From Desulfomonilia bacterium (GTDB lineage: Bacteria > Desulfobacterota > Desulfomonilia > UBA1062): a stretch of 64,000 bases of DNA. Both the position numbers and the translations under genes were made by a program. Of the stretch, positions 28,137 to 38,224 are shown piece after piece. The stretch's first letter is position 1. Each line of letters opens with the position of its first letter. The stretch spans positions 64,001 through 128,000 of the forward strand of contig CAXXDQ010000007.1 in NCBI GenBank assembly GCA_963664325.2, given 5' to 3'. The notes under the pieces are model-generated. The model was not told where the DNA came from, did not search any database, and saw nothing but the letters and a program-made list of their open reading frames with translations.

Positions 28137-29621
28137 TCACCCTTTTGCAAAGACCAGGCTGGTTATGCTGCGCCCCGGGAAGGAATATCCCTTTGGCGCA
28201 TCAGAACTCAGTACTCTGTCAAGATTGTGGCTGTCCGAAGTCTCCCATGCCTCAAGCTTTGCATAACCGGCAAACTCCGGCAGGCGCATGAACAGGGGGC
28301 CAGCGCCGTCGTTGATCACCACCAAAACGATTGTCTGGCCGTCGGGTGAGCGGAAGGCACTCGGTTTGAGGTCTGGTTTGGTCGCCTGGGCCGGTATGCG
28401 CATAAAGCCCGGCCGCACAAAGCGGCTGTAATTGCCGAAGGCCCAGAGGCGCTTGGTTTCTGTGACAGCATGGGTGTCCTCATCCACATAGATAAGGCCG
28501 TCGTGGAAGTCGTATTTGGAGACCGCGATCCATAACTGCCAGGATGCAACGTTCCCGAGGGTAAGGTCCTCGTGCATCATGTCCGCCAGTGTAATGGCCG
28601 AATCCATGCCTGTATCGCGGCCTCCGGCCATCTCGCACCACTCGGTCTGCCAGAGCTTCACCTTTGGATACCGGGCCATGATCAGACAGGCCAGCGGCTG
28701 CTTCATGGCAGTGGTTATTCCGGGGCCATAGGAATGAACGGAAAAGCTGTCTAAACCCGCGGCAACATCCGGGTCGGCCATAAGGACATTGAGGTACATG
28801 TCCGCGGCAAACCATGCGCCGGACTCGACTCCGCTGACCCTGACAGGCAGGCCGGCCATGTCAACCGCACTGATGAGAGAGCGCAGTACCTGAACGCATT
28901 CGTCCGGCGTGTAGTGGCAGCCTTCCTGGCCGCCGCGCCAGGCCCACTGCGGCTCATTGATCGGGCTGATCCAGTTGACGGGAACACCTTCGACATCTCT
29001 TAGATGGCTGATCACATCAATAAGGTAGGCAGTGAAATCTTCCACCATGTCCGGCCTGAGGTTGGACCATGGACTGTGCCATATCGAGTCCGGCGTCAGC
29101 GCTGTCATGAGAATATCCTGGATCAGGGACTGGGCCCCCGGATCAATATTACCCTCGGTTGGCAGGTCCTGGCCGGTTGTCAGACCTGAAACGGTCATGC
29201 GGGCCGGAGGGCTGTTGACAAAGGCCAGCAGGTTTTCGACACCATAGGCGTTCGCCTGCCTGAAGAACCACACCCCGCCGGCATCCCGCGACCAGTCATA
29301 TACCCCTTTTGAAACTTCGAAGGTCTCGGTTGCACGCCAGGCATCCCAGATGCCTGCGCCCGGGCCGCCTGCCCCGATGTTGTAGCGGTACACAGACATG
29401 CCGATGCCTTCATTGCGGTCGAAAAGAAGCATGGCGATACGGTTGCGGACCGGGTCCTCCCAGGTGCCTACATACTGTGCCCACCATGCGCCCGATGCTC
29501 CGAAGCCGTCAATGGTCTGCAGGGTCTGCTTCTGGTTTACGATGAGAGAGCCATCAAAGACACATCCGGGTAAAAAGACGGTGAAGATGCAAAACAGAAC
29601 TGCCAGAAGCATCTTTTTCAT
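28137..29621 (-). CDS. Glycoside hydrolase family 30 lipoprotein
   Basis: Lipobox LPG|C. QTIDGFGASGAWW, RYNIG, NSPP, acid/base NEP, nucleophile WQTE and GNYSRFVRPG motifs. Confidence 0.87.
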   Translation of the reverse strand: MKKMLLAVLFCIFTVFLPGCVFDGSLIVNQKQTLQTIDGFGASGAWWAQYVGTWEDPVRNRIAMLLFDRNEGIGMSVYRYNIGAGGPGAGIWDAWRATETFEVSKGVYDWSRDAGGVWFFRQANAYGVENLLAFVNSPPARMTVSGLTTGQDLPTEGNIDPGAQSLIQDILMTALTPDSIWHSPWSNLRPDMVEDFTAYLIDVISHLRDVEGVPVNWISPINEPQWAWRGGQEGCHYTPDECVQVLRSLISAVDMAGLPVRVSGVESGAWFAADMYLNVLMADPDVAAGLDSFSVHSYGPGITTAMKQPLACLIMARYPKVKLWQTEWCEMAGGRDTGMDSAITLADMMHEDLTLGNVASWQLWIAVSKYDFHDGLIYVDEDTHAVTETKRLWAFGNYSRFVRPGFMRIPAQATKPDLKPSAFRSPDGQTIVLVVINDGAGPLFMRLPEFAGYAKLEAWETSDSHNLDRVLSSDAPKGYSFPGRSITSLVFAKG

Positions 29622-29839
29622 ACGTACCTCCTCATGTCCAATGGCCGTTCGTCCCGCTGAAGACAAAAACGGCAAGCACAATCTCCTTTTTATGTCCGTA
29701 GGTCATGAATTACAAGTGTAATCTGATCAAACAGGCAAGAGCCTCGACGATGCCGTGACAGTATGCTATACATAAATTTATTGCGCGATAAGAACCGGTA
29801 AAAAATATTCGCATGCTGTAATGAGGGGGGTTTGAAGAA

Positions 29840-31432
29840 ATGCAGAGAATTATCCACGCATTGATCATATCAGGCATCATCTGTTTTTTTGTCGGCTGCA
29901 GTAGCGGCTCATCCGGTACTGATCCCGCTGACAATAACGGCGGGACAGAAGGCGGCGCCGAATCGGCCTACGACCTCTCTTCACTCTCGGGGGCATGGAT
30001 CCTCGAGTCGGATTCATCTTCCATCCGGCCCTATCTGGTCACTGACGGCCAGGGCATGCTTGCCGATTGCAGCATTGCCGGTGGCGGGTCCGGCACATAC
30101 AGTATAGCCCGGGACGGAGCCTTTATTCTTCATGTCAATGGCGCCGACATCTCAGGCCGGCTGAAGCTTCAATATTCCGGCGCAGGCTCGATCAGCTTCG
30201 ATGATTACGGGGATTGGAATATATCAAAGGTCCGTGACCTTTCCCTCTGCCAGGGCACCTGGCAGGGAACCATCAGCGAAGACGGGAAAACCGTCATATC
30301 GCGGGTCATCATCACCGTTGACAACCAGGGTGTAATCACATCCGCGCAGGGTTTGGATGAGCCGGTTTCCGGCCGGATGGTGAGTGTGGCCGGCAGAGTC
30401 GCAGCTTTTATTGCAGAAGGGGAGGACCGGCATAAACTGGCGATCAAGGCAGCCATGAACGGCGATACCATGAACGGAACGGCGGTTGCTGATTCCGCAT
30501 CGGTAATTGCGGGGATCGTGGCATTGAAGAAAGTTGTCTACAACATGGACAACGCCGTCAGTCTCCTCCTCGAACACTATGGCGTGCGCAAGGGGCTCAT
30601 CATCAACGGAGACGACCTGGCCATGGGGCATTTCACCAATGACGGGATATTTGCAGCCTGGGATGCCGGCGCCATTTCGAGTATATCGCTTTTCACCGTG
30701 AGCTTTCCTTTCACCTCGGACGGACAGCCGCTCACCGGTGATCCTTACGCCGAGGCAATTCAGGGCATACATGCGCGTGAAGGGATCGACGTCGGCTGCC
30801 ACCTGACGCTCAATTCAACCGACGGATTCCTTGTACGGCCGGTCCTGCCTCCCGAGCGGATTCCCACACTCGTCGATGCGGACGGATACCTGAAAACGGA
30901 CCGCCTGGCCTTTCTCTTTGCCTCCCGAGACGAAATCAGGGACGAATGCAGGGCCCAGATCGAGAAGGCCCTGGCCAGCGGCGTGCACCTCTCGCATCTG
31001 GACTGTCATGTTGGCTGGGGTCATTTCCCGGGCTGGCCCAGGGAAGTATATGCCGAACTGGCCGACGAGTACCGCCTGCCTCTGCGCTGGGTGATCCGCT
31101 TTCCTGACGAGCCTCCCCTCATAAATCACAGGGTGCTGGTGCCGACAAACTTCATCATTCTCAACGACTCCGGCATTACGGATGTGACCCAGGAGACCGT
31201 GGAGAAACGCAAGCAGTCCCTGCTCAGGACTCTGCGGAATCTCCCTGACGGCATTACGGAAGTGCTCTGCCACCCGAGCCGCGAAAAGTATGACGACCAG
31301 GCCTGGCGAATCCTTGACTATATGATCGTCACCGATCCCGAGGTCCGTGCCCAGATCGACTCTATGCGCTCATCGGGCGAACTGGTGATGCTAGGTTTCA
31401 ATGACCTGAGAAAGACAATGCAGAGGCTGTAA
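29840..31432 (+). CDS. Lipoprotein with tandem beta-domains and a C-terminal ChbG/YdjC/HpnK carbohydrate deacetylase domain
   Basis: Lipobox FVG|C and Ser/Gly linker. LIINGDDL, GCHLTL, HLDCH and TEVLCHP motifs. Confidence 0.82.
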   Translation: MQRIIHALIISGIICFFVGCSSGSSGTDPADNNGGTEGGAESAYDLSSLSGAWILESDSSSIRPYLVTDGQGMLADCSIAGGGSGTYSIARDGAFILHVNGADISGRLKLQYSGAGSISFDDYGDWNISKVRDLSLCQGTWQGTISEDGKTVISRVIITVDNQGVITSAQGLDEPVSGRMVSVAGRVAAFIAEGEDRHKLAIKAAMNGDTMNGTAVADSASVIAGIVALKKVVYNMDNAVSLLLEHYGVRKGLIINGDDLAMGHFTNDGIFAAWDAGAISSISLFTVSFPFTSDGQPLTGDPYAEAIQGIHAREGIDVGCHLTLNSTDGFLVRPVLPPERIPTLVDADGYLKTDRLAFLFASRDEIRDECRAQIEKALASGVHLSHLDCHVGWGHFPGWPREVYAELADEYRLPLRWVIRFPDEPPLINHRVLVPTNFIILNDSGITDVTQETVEKRKQSLLRTLRNLPDGITEVLCHPSREKYDDQAWRILDYMIVTDPEVRAQIDSMRSSGELVMLGFNDLRKTMQRL

Positions 31433-31461
31433 AATGACCGGGATGCAGGCCGGATTGTTCC

Positions 31462-32595
31462 TCACGAGAAGAAGAGCCGGTAGACAGGCCACATGATCAC
31501 GGTCCCGAAAAGCCTTTTGATCGAGTACATATTTTTCAAGGGCAGCCTCTCTGAAACGCCCGGCACCCTTCTGATCTCGCCGGTTCCGGCCTGGTACCAG
31601 TAGGCCGTGCTGGACCAGTCGTCCCAGCGGCGGTTGGCGTGGCCGTGCTCGATAGAGACGCGGATCGAGCTTTTAAACGGTACCGGATCGAGGATGTGGT
31701 AGCGGTAATAGGTTATCTTTCCGCCCCAGTTCGGCCCGCCCCCCATGATGAGCCCGTGATACGGGGCGCAGTAATACTGCGTAGGGCAGAACGCCATGTT
31801 TACATAGTCCTCGGTGCCGGTGCCGTGGATATCTGGAGGGAAGGGCTCGTTATCGACGAAGATCATGTCATCTCCCTCTCCGGGCCAGTCCCAGAACCAT
31901 GAACCGCGGCGGTTGTGGATATTGATATTGCAGCCCACATAGTGGCCTTTACCCTGGGTTTCAAGGATCAGGTAATTGTCCCTGTCGGAAAGATTGGCGC
32001 CTTCCATCTGGAAGGCCATGCCCCCGACGCCTTTGTCTGAGATGCCTTTTGTAAGTTCCCGGTTCCAGGATGCATGGAAGCGGAGGATATTATCCTCAAT
32101 GCCGTCATAGCGGTCCCAGTCGATATAATAATAAAGGGATATCTCATGGGTGCACTCGTTTTCCACCTCAACCCTCGCTCCTTTTGAAAAAGGCATGGGG
32201 AAGAAGCAGTTGAAGCCACGGCCGTTTTCAGGACTCATCTGAAGCGGCGCCGAGACGAAGTTTTTGCATATCCCATGGCCCATTCCGAAGAAGTCTCCCA
32301 CAGGCGCTTCCACGGCCGGTTTGTCGGAGCCGTCCCAGAACATCCGGATGACGATTCTGCGCAGGAAGGCCCGGTCGTATTTGTTGGAGATGCCGTCCCT
32401 GCCTATGGTGCACCAGATGTGCCTGATGCAGCCCGGCTCAGCTGTTTCGGCAATGGTTGAACACTGCCCGGGGTTGATGACAATCCAGTCATGGTTGCCG
32501 CCTGTCCTGTCGAAGCTGCTGAAGCGCTTGCGCCTGAAATCCTTCGCGAGCGGTAAAAGGTTCAGTGATGAGGTCATGTCATAACCGGCTGCCAT
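31462..32595 (-). CDS. Glycoside hydrolase family 172 (DUF2961; alpha-D-arabinofuranosidase/alpha-D-fructofuranosidase type)
   Basis: SSFDRTGGN.D, GCIRHIW, P.GDFFG, NCFFPMPF, GHYVG, GEGDDMIF and HGTGTEDY motifs. Confidence 0.92.
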   Translation of the reverse strand: MAAGYDMTSSLNLLPLAKDFRRKRFSSFDRTGGNHDWIVINPGQCSTIAETAEPGCIRHIWCTIGRDGISNKYDRAFLRRIVIRMFWDGSDKPAVEAPVGDFFGMGHGICKNFVSAPLQMSPENGRGFNCFFPMPFSKGARVEVENECTHEISLYYYIDWDRYDGIEDNILRFHASWNRELTKGISDKGVGGMAFQMEGANLSDRDNYLILETQGKGHYVGCNINIHNRRGSWFWDWPGEGDDMIFVDNEPFPPDIHGTGTEDYVNMAFCPTQYYCAPYHGLIMGGGPNWGGKITYYRYHILDPVPFKSSIRVSIEHGHANRRWDDWSSTAYWYQAGTGEIRRVPGVSERLPLKNMYSIKRLFGTVIMWPVYRLFFS

Positions 32596-32608
32596 ATCGC
32601 ATCTCCTT

Positions 32609-34198
32609 TTATGAAGGTTTATAAAGGCTTTTCCCGCCCCGGTCCCAGATCGTATAGCCTATGCCGAGCTGCTCCGAGAGTTCGACAAGATGCGGCAGGT
32701 AGTCGCCGTAGACAAAGCCGAGATGATTGGATGGCCACCTGGAGCTTATTACCCTGTCGCTGACCGGGATGGTCCCTTCGATTATGGGCCAGGCCTCGTT
32801 GTAGGCCTTGTGTCTCGAGGCCTTGACATCCCTGGTGTCCATGATGGTTGCGACCATGTGAAGGCGGTTGTTCTCGACACCAAGCCGTGCAACCGTGATG
32901 ACCTGTTTTCCTGCGGTCCGCATGCGCACGGCGGAACCTCCTGCATGGTAGAAGTGCTCCTGGGCCGGGAATTCAACCTGGGAAAGCTTCTCGGCCCAGA
33001 TCTGGTTTTCACTGCCGGCAAAGGCGGGCGGATGCTGGCCGCAGTTGACTATGGCCAGGACGGTTGTGTCCCTGTCTGTCTTTACATACCTGAAATCGCC
33101 GAAGCCGGCAGGTTTGCCTGAGAGCCTGAAAAGGAAAAGCTGCGTTAAAAGCGTGGGCAGGTCGGTCTCGCATGAAGACGGGATAATCTGTTTGCATTTG
33201 CCGTCGGTCCCGTAGTCGTTGGCCAGGAATGCTGTTGCAATACAGCATGTGCAGTAATTCGCCGAGCACTCGTCCTGGCATTTTATCGTAACCGCAGTAG
33301 CCCCGCGTTCGCCTGCGATGTCTGCTATTGCATAATAGATCGCAAGCTGAAGGAGGAACTTGTCGCGCGAAACGCTGCGGGACGGGATTGCCCTGAATTT
33401 TTCCGGGAATGCGTCGTAAAGGGCCTTGCAGTCCTTTTTCACCCGGCTGTCAAGCACTGTGGTGATGTCTGATTTTCCAGGTGTACCGGACCAATCGAAC
33501 ATCTCGAACGCCCTGTCGAGAAAGACCTGCTGGTCGAGGTTTTCACCCGAAATTCCCCACCGGCCCATAATTTCCTCATGATCTATCCGGGTTGTCGGCA
33601 TCTGAAGTGAAAATGATCCGAATTCCAGCAAGTGTTCCATTGAAAGATTCGCAACAACCTTGTGCACCTGCTTGTTGACCCGGGCCATTGAGGTATAGAA
33701 AGAGATGGCTTCCCTGAGGTCGTTAAAGAAACCGCCACTGTCAAAATATCCGGCTTTATGGACAAAGGATATGCCGGTCTGGGTGAGCGCCCCTCCCAGG
33801 GCCATACCTGAGACCATGCCCGGCACATTGGTATCCTGTATGGAGGCGATGATGATCCTCGGGACAAAAGCGGGATCAATGGCCTTTTTCCCTCTGATGA
33901 AGCCGGTGATCACCTTCTGGCTCAACTGCGGGAATGTCCATGTCTGATGGACGTTTATGAGTATGGCGCAGTCCTTTTCGGCGAAAATGGCCGCGTATTT
34001 GTTTGCGAGCGGTATGCTGTGGCAGAGCAGGTTCTTTTTCCCGAGCTGTTCGCCTGGGTAAACGATATCAAAGCCCGCCTTTCTCAGGCGCATGACAAAT
34101 TTTTCGAGGATTTTGGCATCGGTCCCGGCACTCTGTTCCATTACCCAGGGTCTAGGGTCATAGCCTGAAAAAACTCCGATCCTGACAGATTTATTCAT
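32609..34198 (-). CDS. L-fucose/D-arabinose isomerase-like (FucI family) aldose-ketose isomerase
   Basis: SCETD, FGDFR, NCG, T.ARL and WPSNH match the FucI metal-ligand motifs ATEND/FADVR/WGANH as recalled. Divergent overall. AGGAG RBS before ATG 34198. Confidence 0.75.
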   Translation of the reverse strand: MNKSVRIGVFSGYDPRPWVMEQSAGTDAKILEKFVMRLRKAGFDIVYPGEQLGKKNLLCHSIPLANKYAAIFAEKDCAILINVHQTWTFPQLSQKVITGFIRGKKAIDPAFVPRIIIASIQDTNVPGMVSGMALGGALTQTGISFVHKAGYFDSGGFFNDLREAISFYTSMARVNKQVHKVVANLSMEHLLEFGSFSLQMPTTRIDHEEIMGRWGISGENLDQQVFLDRAFEMFDWSGTPGKSDITTVLDSRVKKDCKALYDAFPEKFRAIPSRSVSRDKFLLQLAIYYAIADIAGERGATAVTIKCQDECSANYCTCCIATAFLANDYGTDGKCKQIIPSSCETDLPTLLTQLFLFRLSGKPAGFGDFRYVKTDRDTTVLAIVNCGQHPPAFAGSENQIWAEKLSQVEFPAQEHFYHAGGSAVRMRTAGKQVITVARLGVENNRLHMVATIMDTRDVKASRHKAYNEAWPIIEGTIPVSDRVISSRWPSNHLGFVYGDYLPHLVELSEQLGIGYTIWDRGGKSLYKPS

Positions 34199-34227
34199 TA
34201 TATCAGCTCCTTTACTAATATTATCGA

Positions 34228-35916
34228 TCAAGAGGAACTCATAGTATTACTCGCACGTTTAAGCTCAAGAAGTTGTTTCATTGCCGGGTAAAGATAATTA
34301 TCCTTTTTTCCAGTCCCGAAGGCTCCTTGAAGTTCAAGGTATATTCCATACAGCTTTTCATAAACCTGCGCCTCATGTGCATCGGGCTTGAAGCTGCGGC
34401 GGGGCGGGGCGATCATGCACCTGCGGGCTTCGTCAAAATCCCTGTGAATGCCGGATGCGACACCTGCCGCAATTGCCGCGCCCAGGGCCGGGGCGTTTGA
34501 AGAAGAGGCGACATAAACCGGCATATTGAAGATGTCGGCATATATCTGCATGAATAGTGTGTTCTTTTCAGCTATTCCACCGCAGCAAATGATATGCTCG
34601 ATAGGTACTTTGTATTCTTTAAGACGCTCTATGATCACCCTTGCTCCGAAGCCTGTCGCCTCTATGAGGGCGCGATATGTTTCCGCAGGAGTTGTCGAAA
34701 GCATCTGTCCCAGGATGAGGCCGCTCAGCCTCTGGTCCATGAGAATATTCCTGTTTCCGTTCATCCAGTCCAGGGCGATTAGACCTGTCTGTCCCGCCCT
34801 GTATTTTGAGGCCTTCTCTGTAAGTTCCCGGTGTATCTTTTCATCAGGCGAAGACCCATCGCGGAAAAGCGCTCTGTTGACATACCAGTTCAGGATGTCG
34901 CCGACGGCGGCCTGTCCGGCTTCAACACCGGAAAAGCCAGGAATTATCCCGTCACTTACAACGCCGCTTATTCCCGGGATCGCCTTGATGCCTGAACCTG
35001 CCGGCAGGAGCGCCATGTCGCATGATGACGTTCCTATGTTTTTAACCAGACTCCCGGGTGCTATGCCTGCGCCGATGGCACCGGCATGCGCATCGATCAG
35101 CCCTGCCGCTATGACGCAATCATCGGGCAGGCCCCAGTGCATGGTCAATGATTGACGCATATGGCCGATGCTTCGTCCGGCCGGGACGACCACCGAAGGA
35201 AGCCCTGCCGCAATGCGTTCAAGCTCGGGTGAAAGCATTGCAAGTTTTGCCGGTTCAGGGTAGCCGTTATTAAACATGTCCTTGTATCCGGCGGCACAGG
35301 CGTTTCTCTTGATATCCCGGAAATCCGTGATTCCGGCCAGGTATGCCGGGATGAAATCCGAGAGTTCAACCCACGTCGCCGCCATGTTTGCTGTTTCAGG
35401 CGAGATCCTGGCGCAGCGCAGAATTTTCGCCCAGAACCATTCGGGCGAGTACCAGCCGGAGTAGGAATCAAGCCAGTCAAGGCCTTGATCTTTAACATAG
35501 CGGATGATTTCATCGGCTTCGTCATGTGCGCTGTGGTCTTTCCAGAGCCAGGCCATCGCATTGATATCGTCTGCAAGTTCCCGCCTCAAGCAGAGTGGAC
35601 GGGCGTCATCGCCTAGAGGCAAAGGCGTACTGGCCGTTGTATCGACGCCGATCGCCTTTACCTGATCGCGGCTGAATCCTGGCATCAGCTCGGCCTTCTG
35701 AAGCAGCGCATCAACGACTGCAAGCAGTCCTTCGACATAGTCAGCAGGGTACTGCCTTGCTACAAATGGGTTGTTATCGTCGCCAATCACCCCGGCCAGG
35801 CCGTAACAATAATTATAGACGCTGCTGCAAACCTCTTCCCCGGTAAAGGCGTCGACAAGCAAGGCCCTTACCGAATTGGTCCCGAAATCGATCCCTATGA
35901 CATGAGGATTCATCAA
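34228..35916 (-). CDS. araB: Ribulokinase (FGGY family, AraB-type)
   Basis: IGIDFGTNSVRA, GVDTTAST, LWKDH.A, YS.EWFWAK, AAGYK, EAGQAAVGD and LDW.NGNR motifs. Confidence 0.9.
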   Translation of the reverse strand: MMNPHVIGIDFGTNSVRALLVDAFTGEEVCSSVYNYCYGLAGVIGDDNNPFVARQYPADYVEGLLAVVDALLQKAELMPGFSRDQVKAIGVDTTASTPLPLGDDARPLCLRRELADDINAMAWLWKDHSAHDEADEIIRYVKDQGLDWLDSYSGWYSPEWFWAKILRCARISPETANMAATWVELSDFIPAYLAGITDFRDIKRNACAAGYKDMFNNGYPEPAKLAMLSPELERIAAGLPSVVVPAGRSIGHMRQSLTMHWGLPDDCVIAAGLIDAHAGAIGAGIAPGSLVKNIGTSSCDMALLPAGSGIKAIPGISGVVSDGIIPGFSGVEAGQAAVGDILNWYVNRALFRDGSSPDEKIHRELTEKASKYRAGQTGLIALDWMNGNRNILMDQRLSGLILGQMLSTTPAETYRALIEATGFGARVIIERLKEYKVPIEHIICCGGIAEKNTLFMQIYADIFNMPVYVASSSNAPALGAAIAAGVASGIHRDFDEARRCMIAPPRRSFKPDAHEAQVYEKLYGIYLELQGAFGTGKKDNYLYPAMKQLLELKRASNTMSSS

Positions 35917-35939
35917 GCCACCTTTGATTAAAGCCTTAA

Positions 35940-37325
35940 CTATCCCTCACATTGCCTGCCAAGTTTGATATCTTCAACCATTTTTTTGTGCAGGGCATCA
36001 TTGATGGGATAGAACAGGATGATGACGATACCTGCAACAATGAAGATGAACGGCACAACCGACATGAGCAGTTTGATTCCGAACAGCGTTGACGCCTGCT
36101 GATTTATGTTGGGGACATACTTGTAGAATTCCAGTCCGAGGCCTGCTGCAAAACCGGCGAAAGCGGCGGCGAACTTGAAGGAGAAGTTGTAAAACCCGTA
36201 GAGGATGCCTTCGCGCCTGAGCCCTGTCTTCCACTGCGAGTATTCAACGGTATCCGGGACCATTGCCCACGGGCACAGATAAAGGGTCGATATCCCGAAT
36301 CCTGCAAACGTGAACAATCCGAAGATGAAGCCCCTGCTCGGCGCACTGAGGATGAAGAGAGACAATGTGACCAGGGCGATCAGGGTTGTTCCAATGGCGA
36401 GCACGTTCTTCTTGGCGAATTTCTTGGTCATGAATACCCAGAAGGGCATGCACACGAATGCCGTCACAAACATGCACATGAAGGCAATCGGGACATCCTT
36501 TTCCACGCCGAGGTTATATTTGAAGTAGTAATTCAGCATGATGGCAAGCAGGCTTATAGCAGCCATCTGCAGTATCGTCGATATCGTCAGGATGATGAAG
36601 GGGCCGTTTTTTGAAACCATTTTCAGGTCTTCACAGAATGACATCCGCTCTTCAGACGGCGGCTTAACACGCTCCTTGACACTGGCAAACGTGGTCAGGA
36701 GCACGACCGCGAAGACGCAGCCGAATATGGCGCCTGTCATCCTGAAGCCGGTAACCTCATTAGGAAACAGAGCTATCAGCGGTTTGGCGGCGCCCGCAGT
36801 GACGAGGGTTCCGAGTATGGCGCATGCCATTCTGATGCCGGTCAGCGTCGAGCGCTCGTTCCCGTCCATGGTCATGCTGGCGGTCAGTGCGCCATAGGGT
36901 ATGGTCACCATGGAATAAAGCGCCGAAAACAGGAGGAAGGTCACCAGTGCATAAACAGAGCGCCAGAGGGTAGGAATCTGCGGAGCGAAGAAGATCAGGA
37001 AAAACATGAACCCGACGGGGATGGCCCCGAAAAGCAGGAAAGGCCTGTTGCGTCCCCACCGCGAATGGGCCCGGTCCGCAATGAAACCCATTGTCGGGTC
37101 GCATACGGCATTCCATATCTTTGCTATGAAGAATATGGAGCCCGCGGCGGTTGCTCCTATCATGAACACGTCGGTGAAAAAATACACGAGGTACAGGGTG
37201 ATTGACTGGAACACCAGGTTGAATGCGAAATCTCCGATGCCGTAGCCGACCTTCATCCCGAGCGGGATTTTTTCAGCCGGGGCGTTTTCTGTCTGAACGG
37301 GCGTGTCCTTGGCATTTTCTTCCAT
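35940..37325 (-). CDS. MFS glycoside-pentoside-hexuronide (GPH) sugar:cation symporter
   Basis: GYGIGD, DP.MG.IADR..SRWGR.RPF, PYGAL, ER and DTVEY..W.TG.R.EG motifs. Confidence 0.93.
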   Translation of the reverse strand: MEENAKDTPVQTENAPAEKIPLGMKVGYGIGDFAFNLVFQSITLYLVYFFTDVFMIGATAAGSIFFIAKIWNAVCDPTMGFIADRAHSRWGRNRPFLLFGAIPVGFMFFLIFFAPQIPTLWRSVYALVTFLLFSALYSMVTIPYGALTASMTMDGNERSTLTGIRMACAILGTLVTAGAAKPLIALFPNEVTGFRMTGAIFGCVFAVVLLTTFASVKERVKPPSEERMSFCEDLKMVSKNGPFIILTISTILQMAAISLLAIMLNYYFKYNLGVEKDVPIAFMCMFVTAFVCMPFWVFMTKKFAKKNVLAIGTTLIALVTLSLFILSAPSRGFIFGLFTFAGFGISTLYLCPWAMVPDTVEYSQWKTGLRREGILYGFYNFSFKFAAAFAGFAAGLGLEFYKYVPNINQQASTLFGIKLLMSVVPFIFIVAGIVIILFYPINDALHKKMVEDIKLGRQCEG

Positions 37326-37568
37326 TTGTACCTCCGTGATATTATAAAATCCTCCGGGATAACCCGGGGATTGTCAACATCAATCTCAATTGAAATGAAG
37401 GAGGGACAAGCATTGTCGTGTCTGTCATGTTTTCATTTCTTAGCTATTCAAGGGAATATCAATTGTAAAAGTGATTCCAAATCCTGGCTTTAAATTGCCA
37501 GTTATTCAAAACCTGTGACTGAATAGAGGGATTAATCTTTCCGGGAACAGGTAGCCACTATATAATGC

Positions 37569-37595
37569 TTGATGTTTAACGTTGGGTGTTATATT
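37569..37595 (+). promoter_or_regulatory. Putative higBA promoter/operator
   Basis: TTGATG ... TG-n-TATATT extended -10, overlapping an imperfect palindrome TAAC...GTTA. No SD before higB, consistent with a leaderless transcript. Confidence 0.45.
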
Positions 37596-37604
37596 TTTAT
37601 GTCC

Positions 37605-37883
37605 ATGATCAAATCCTTTAAATGCAGGTATACTCAATCAATATTTGAAGGTAAATGTCCGAAACAATTTAAGGCTTTTGAATCAGTTGCAGAAAGAAAA
37701 TTGCAAATGTTGGATTCTGCAAAGACGATTGATGATTTGAAAAGTCCGCCCGGCAACCGACTGGAACAGTTAAAGGGGAATAGGGCAGGCCGGTGGAGCA
37801 TCAGGATAAATGATCAATTCAGACTGTGTTTTCAATTCGAAAACGGTGAAGCATGTCAGGTGGAGATAGTGGATTATCACTAG
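37605..37883 (+). CDS. higB: HigB (RelE/ParE-family, plasmid maintenance killer) toxin
   Basis: MIKSFK...RKLQMLDSA...DL..PPGNRLE.L.G.R.G.WSIRINDQ.R.CF...VEIVDYH. Confidence 0.95.
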   Translation: MIKSFKCRYTQSIFEGKCPKQFKAFESVAERKLQMLDSAKTIDDLKSPPGNRLEQLKGNRAGRWSIRINDQFRLCFQFENGEACQVEIVDYH

Positions 37884-37894
37884 GGAGGCAGTAC

Positions 37895-38200
37895 ATGGAA
37901 ATAAAAAACAAAATGAGGCCGATTCATCCCGGGGAAATATTAAGAGAGGAGTACCTTATACCGCTTGGAATGAGCGCACACGCTCTTGCGCTTGAGCTGA
38001 AGGTTCCGGCTCCGCGCATCAACGATATTGTCCGGGAGCGACGATCAATAACACCTGAAACAGCGCTCAGGCTTGGCCGTTATTTTAACACCTCACCGGA
38101 ATTCTGGCTAAACCTTCAGATAGTTTATAATCTGAAAATCGCCAAGAAAGAGCTGGGCTCGAAGATCGATAAGGAAGTACAGATTCGCAAAGCCGCTTGA
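37895..38200 (+). CDS. higA: HigA addiction module antitoxin (XRE HTH)
   Basis: PIHPGEILREEYL, RINDIV and ITPETALRL..YF.TSPEFWLNLQ motifs. GGGAGG RBS. Confidence 0.95.
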   Translation: MEIKNKMRPIHPGEILREEYLIPLGMSAHALALELKVPAPRINDIVRERRSITPETALRLGRYFNTSPEFWLNLQIVYNLKIAKKELGSKIDKEVQIRKAA

Positions 38201-38224
38201 CATTTGGTGCCAGCTTGCTTGCCT

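Noticed and set aside
32609-35916. Classical L-arabinose araBAD operon
   Set aside because: The isomerase has FucI-type rather than AraA motifs, there is no araD, and the linked glycosidase is GH172 (D-Araf type).
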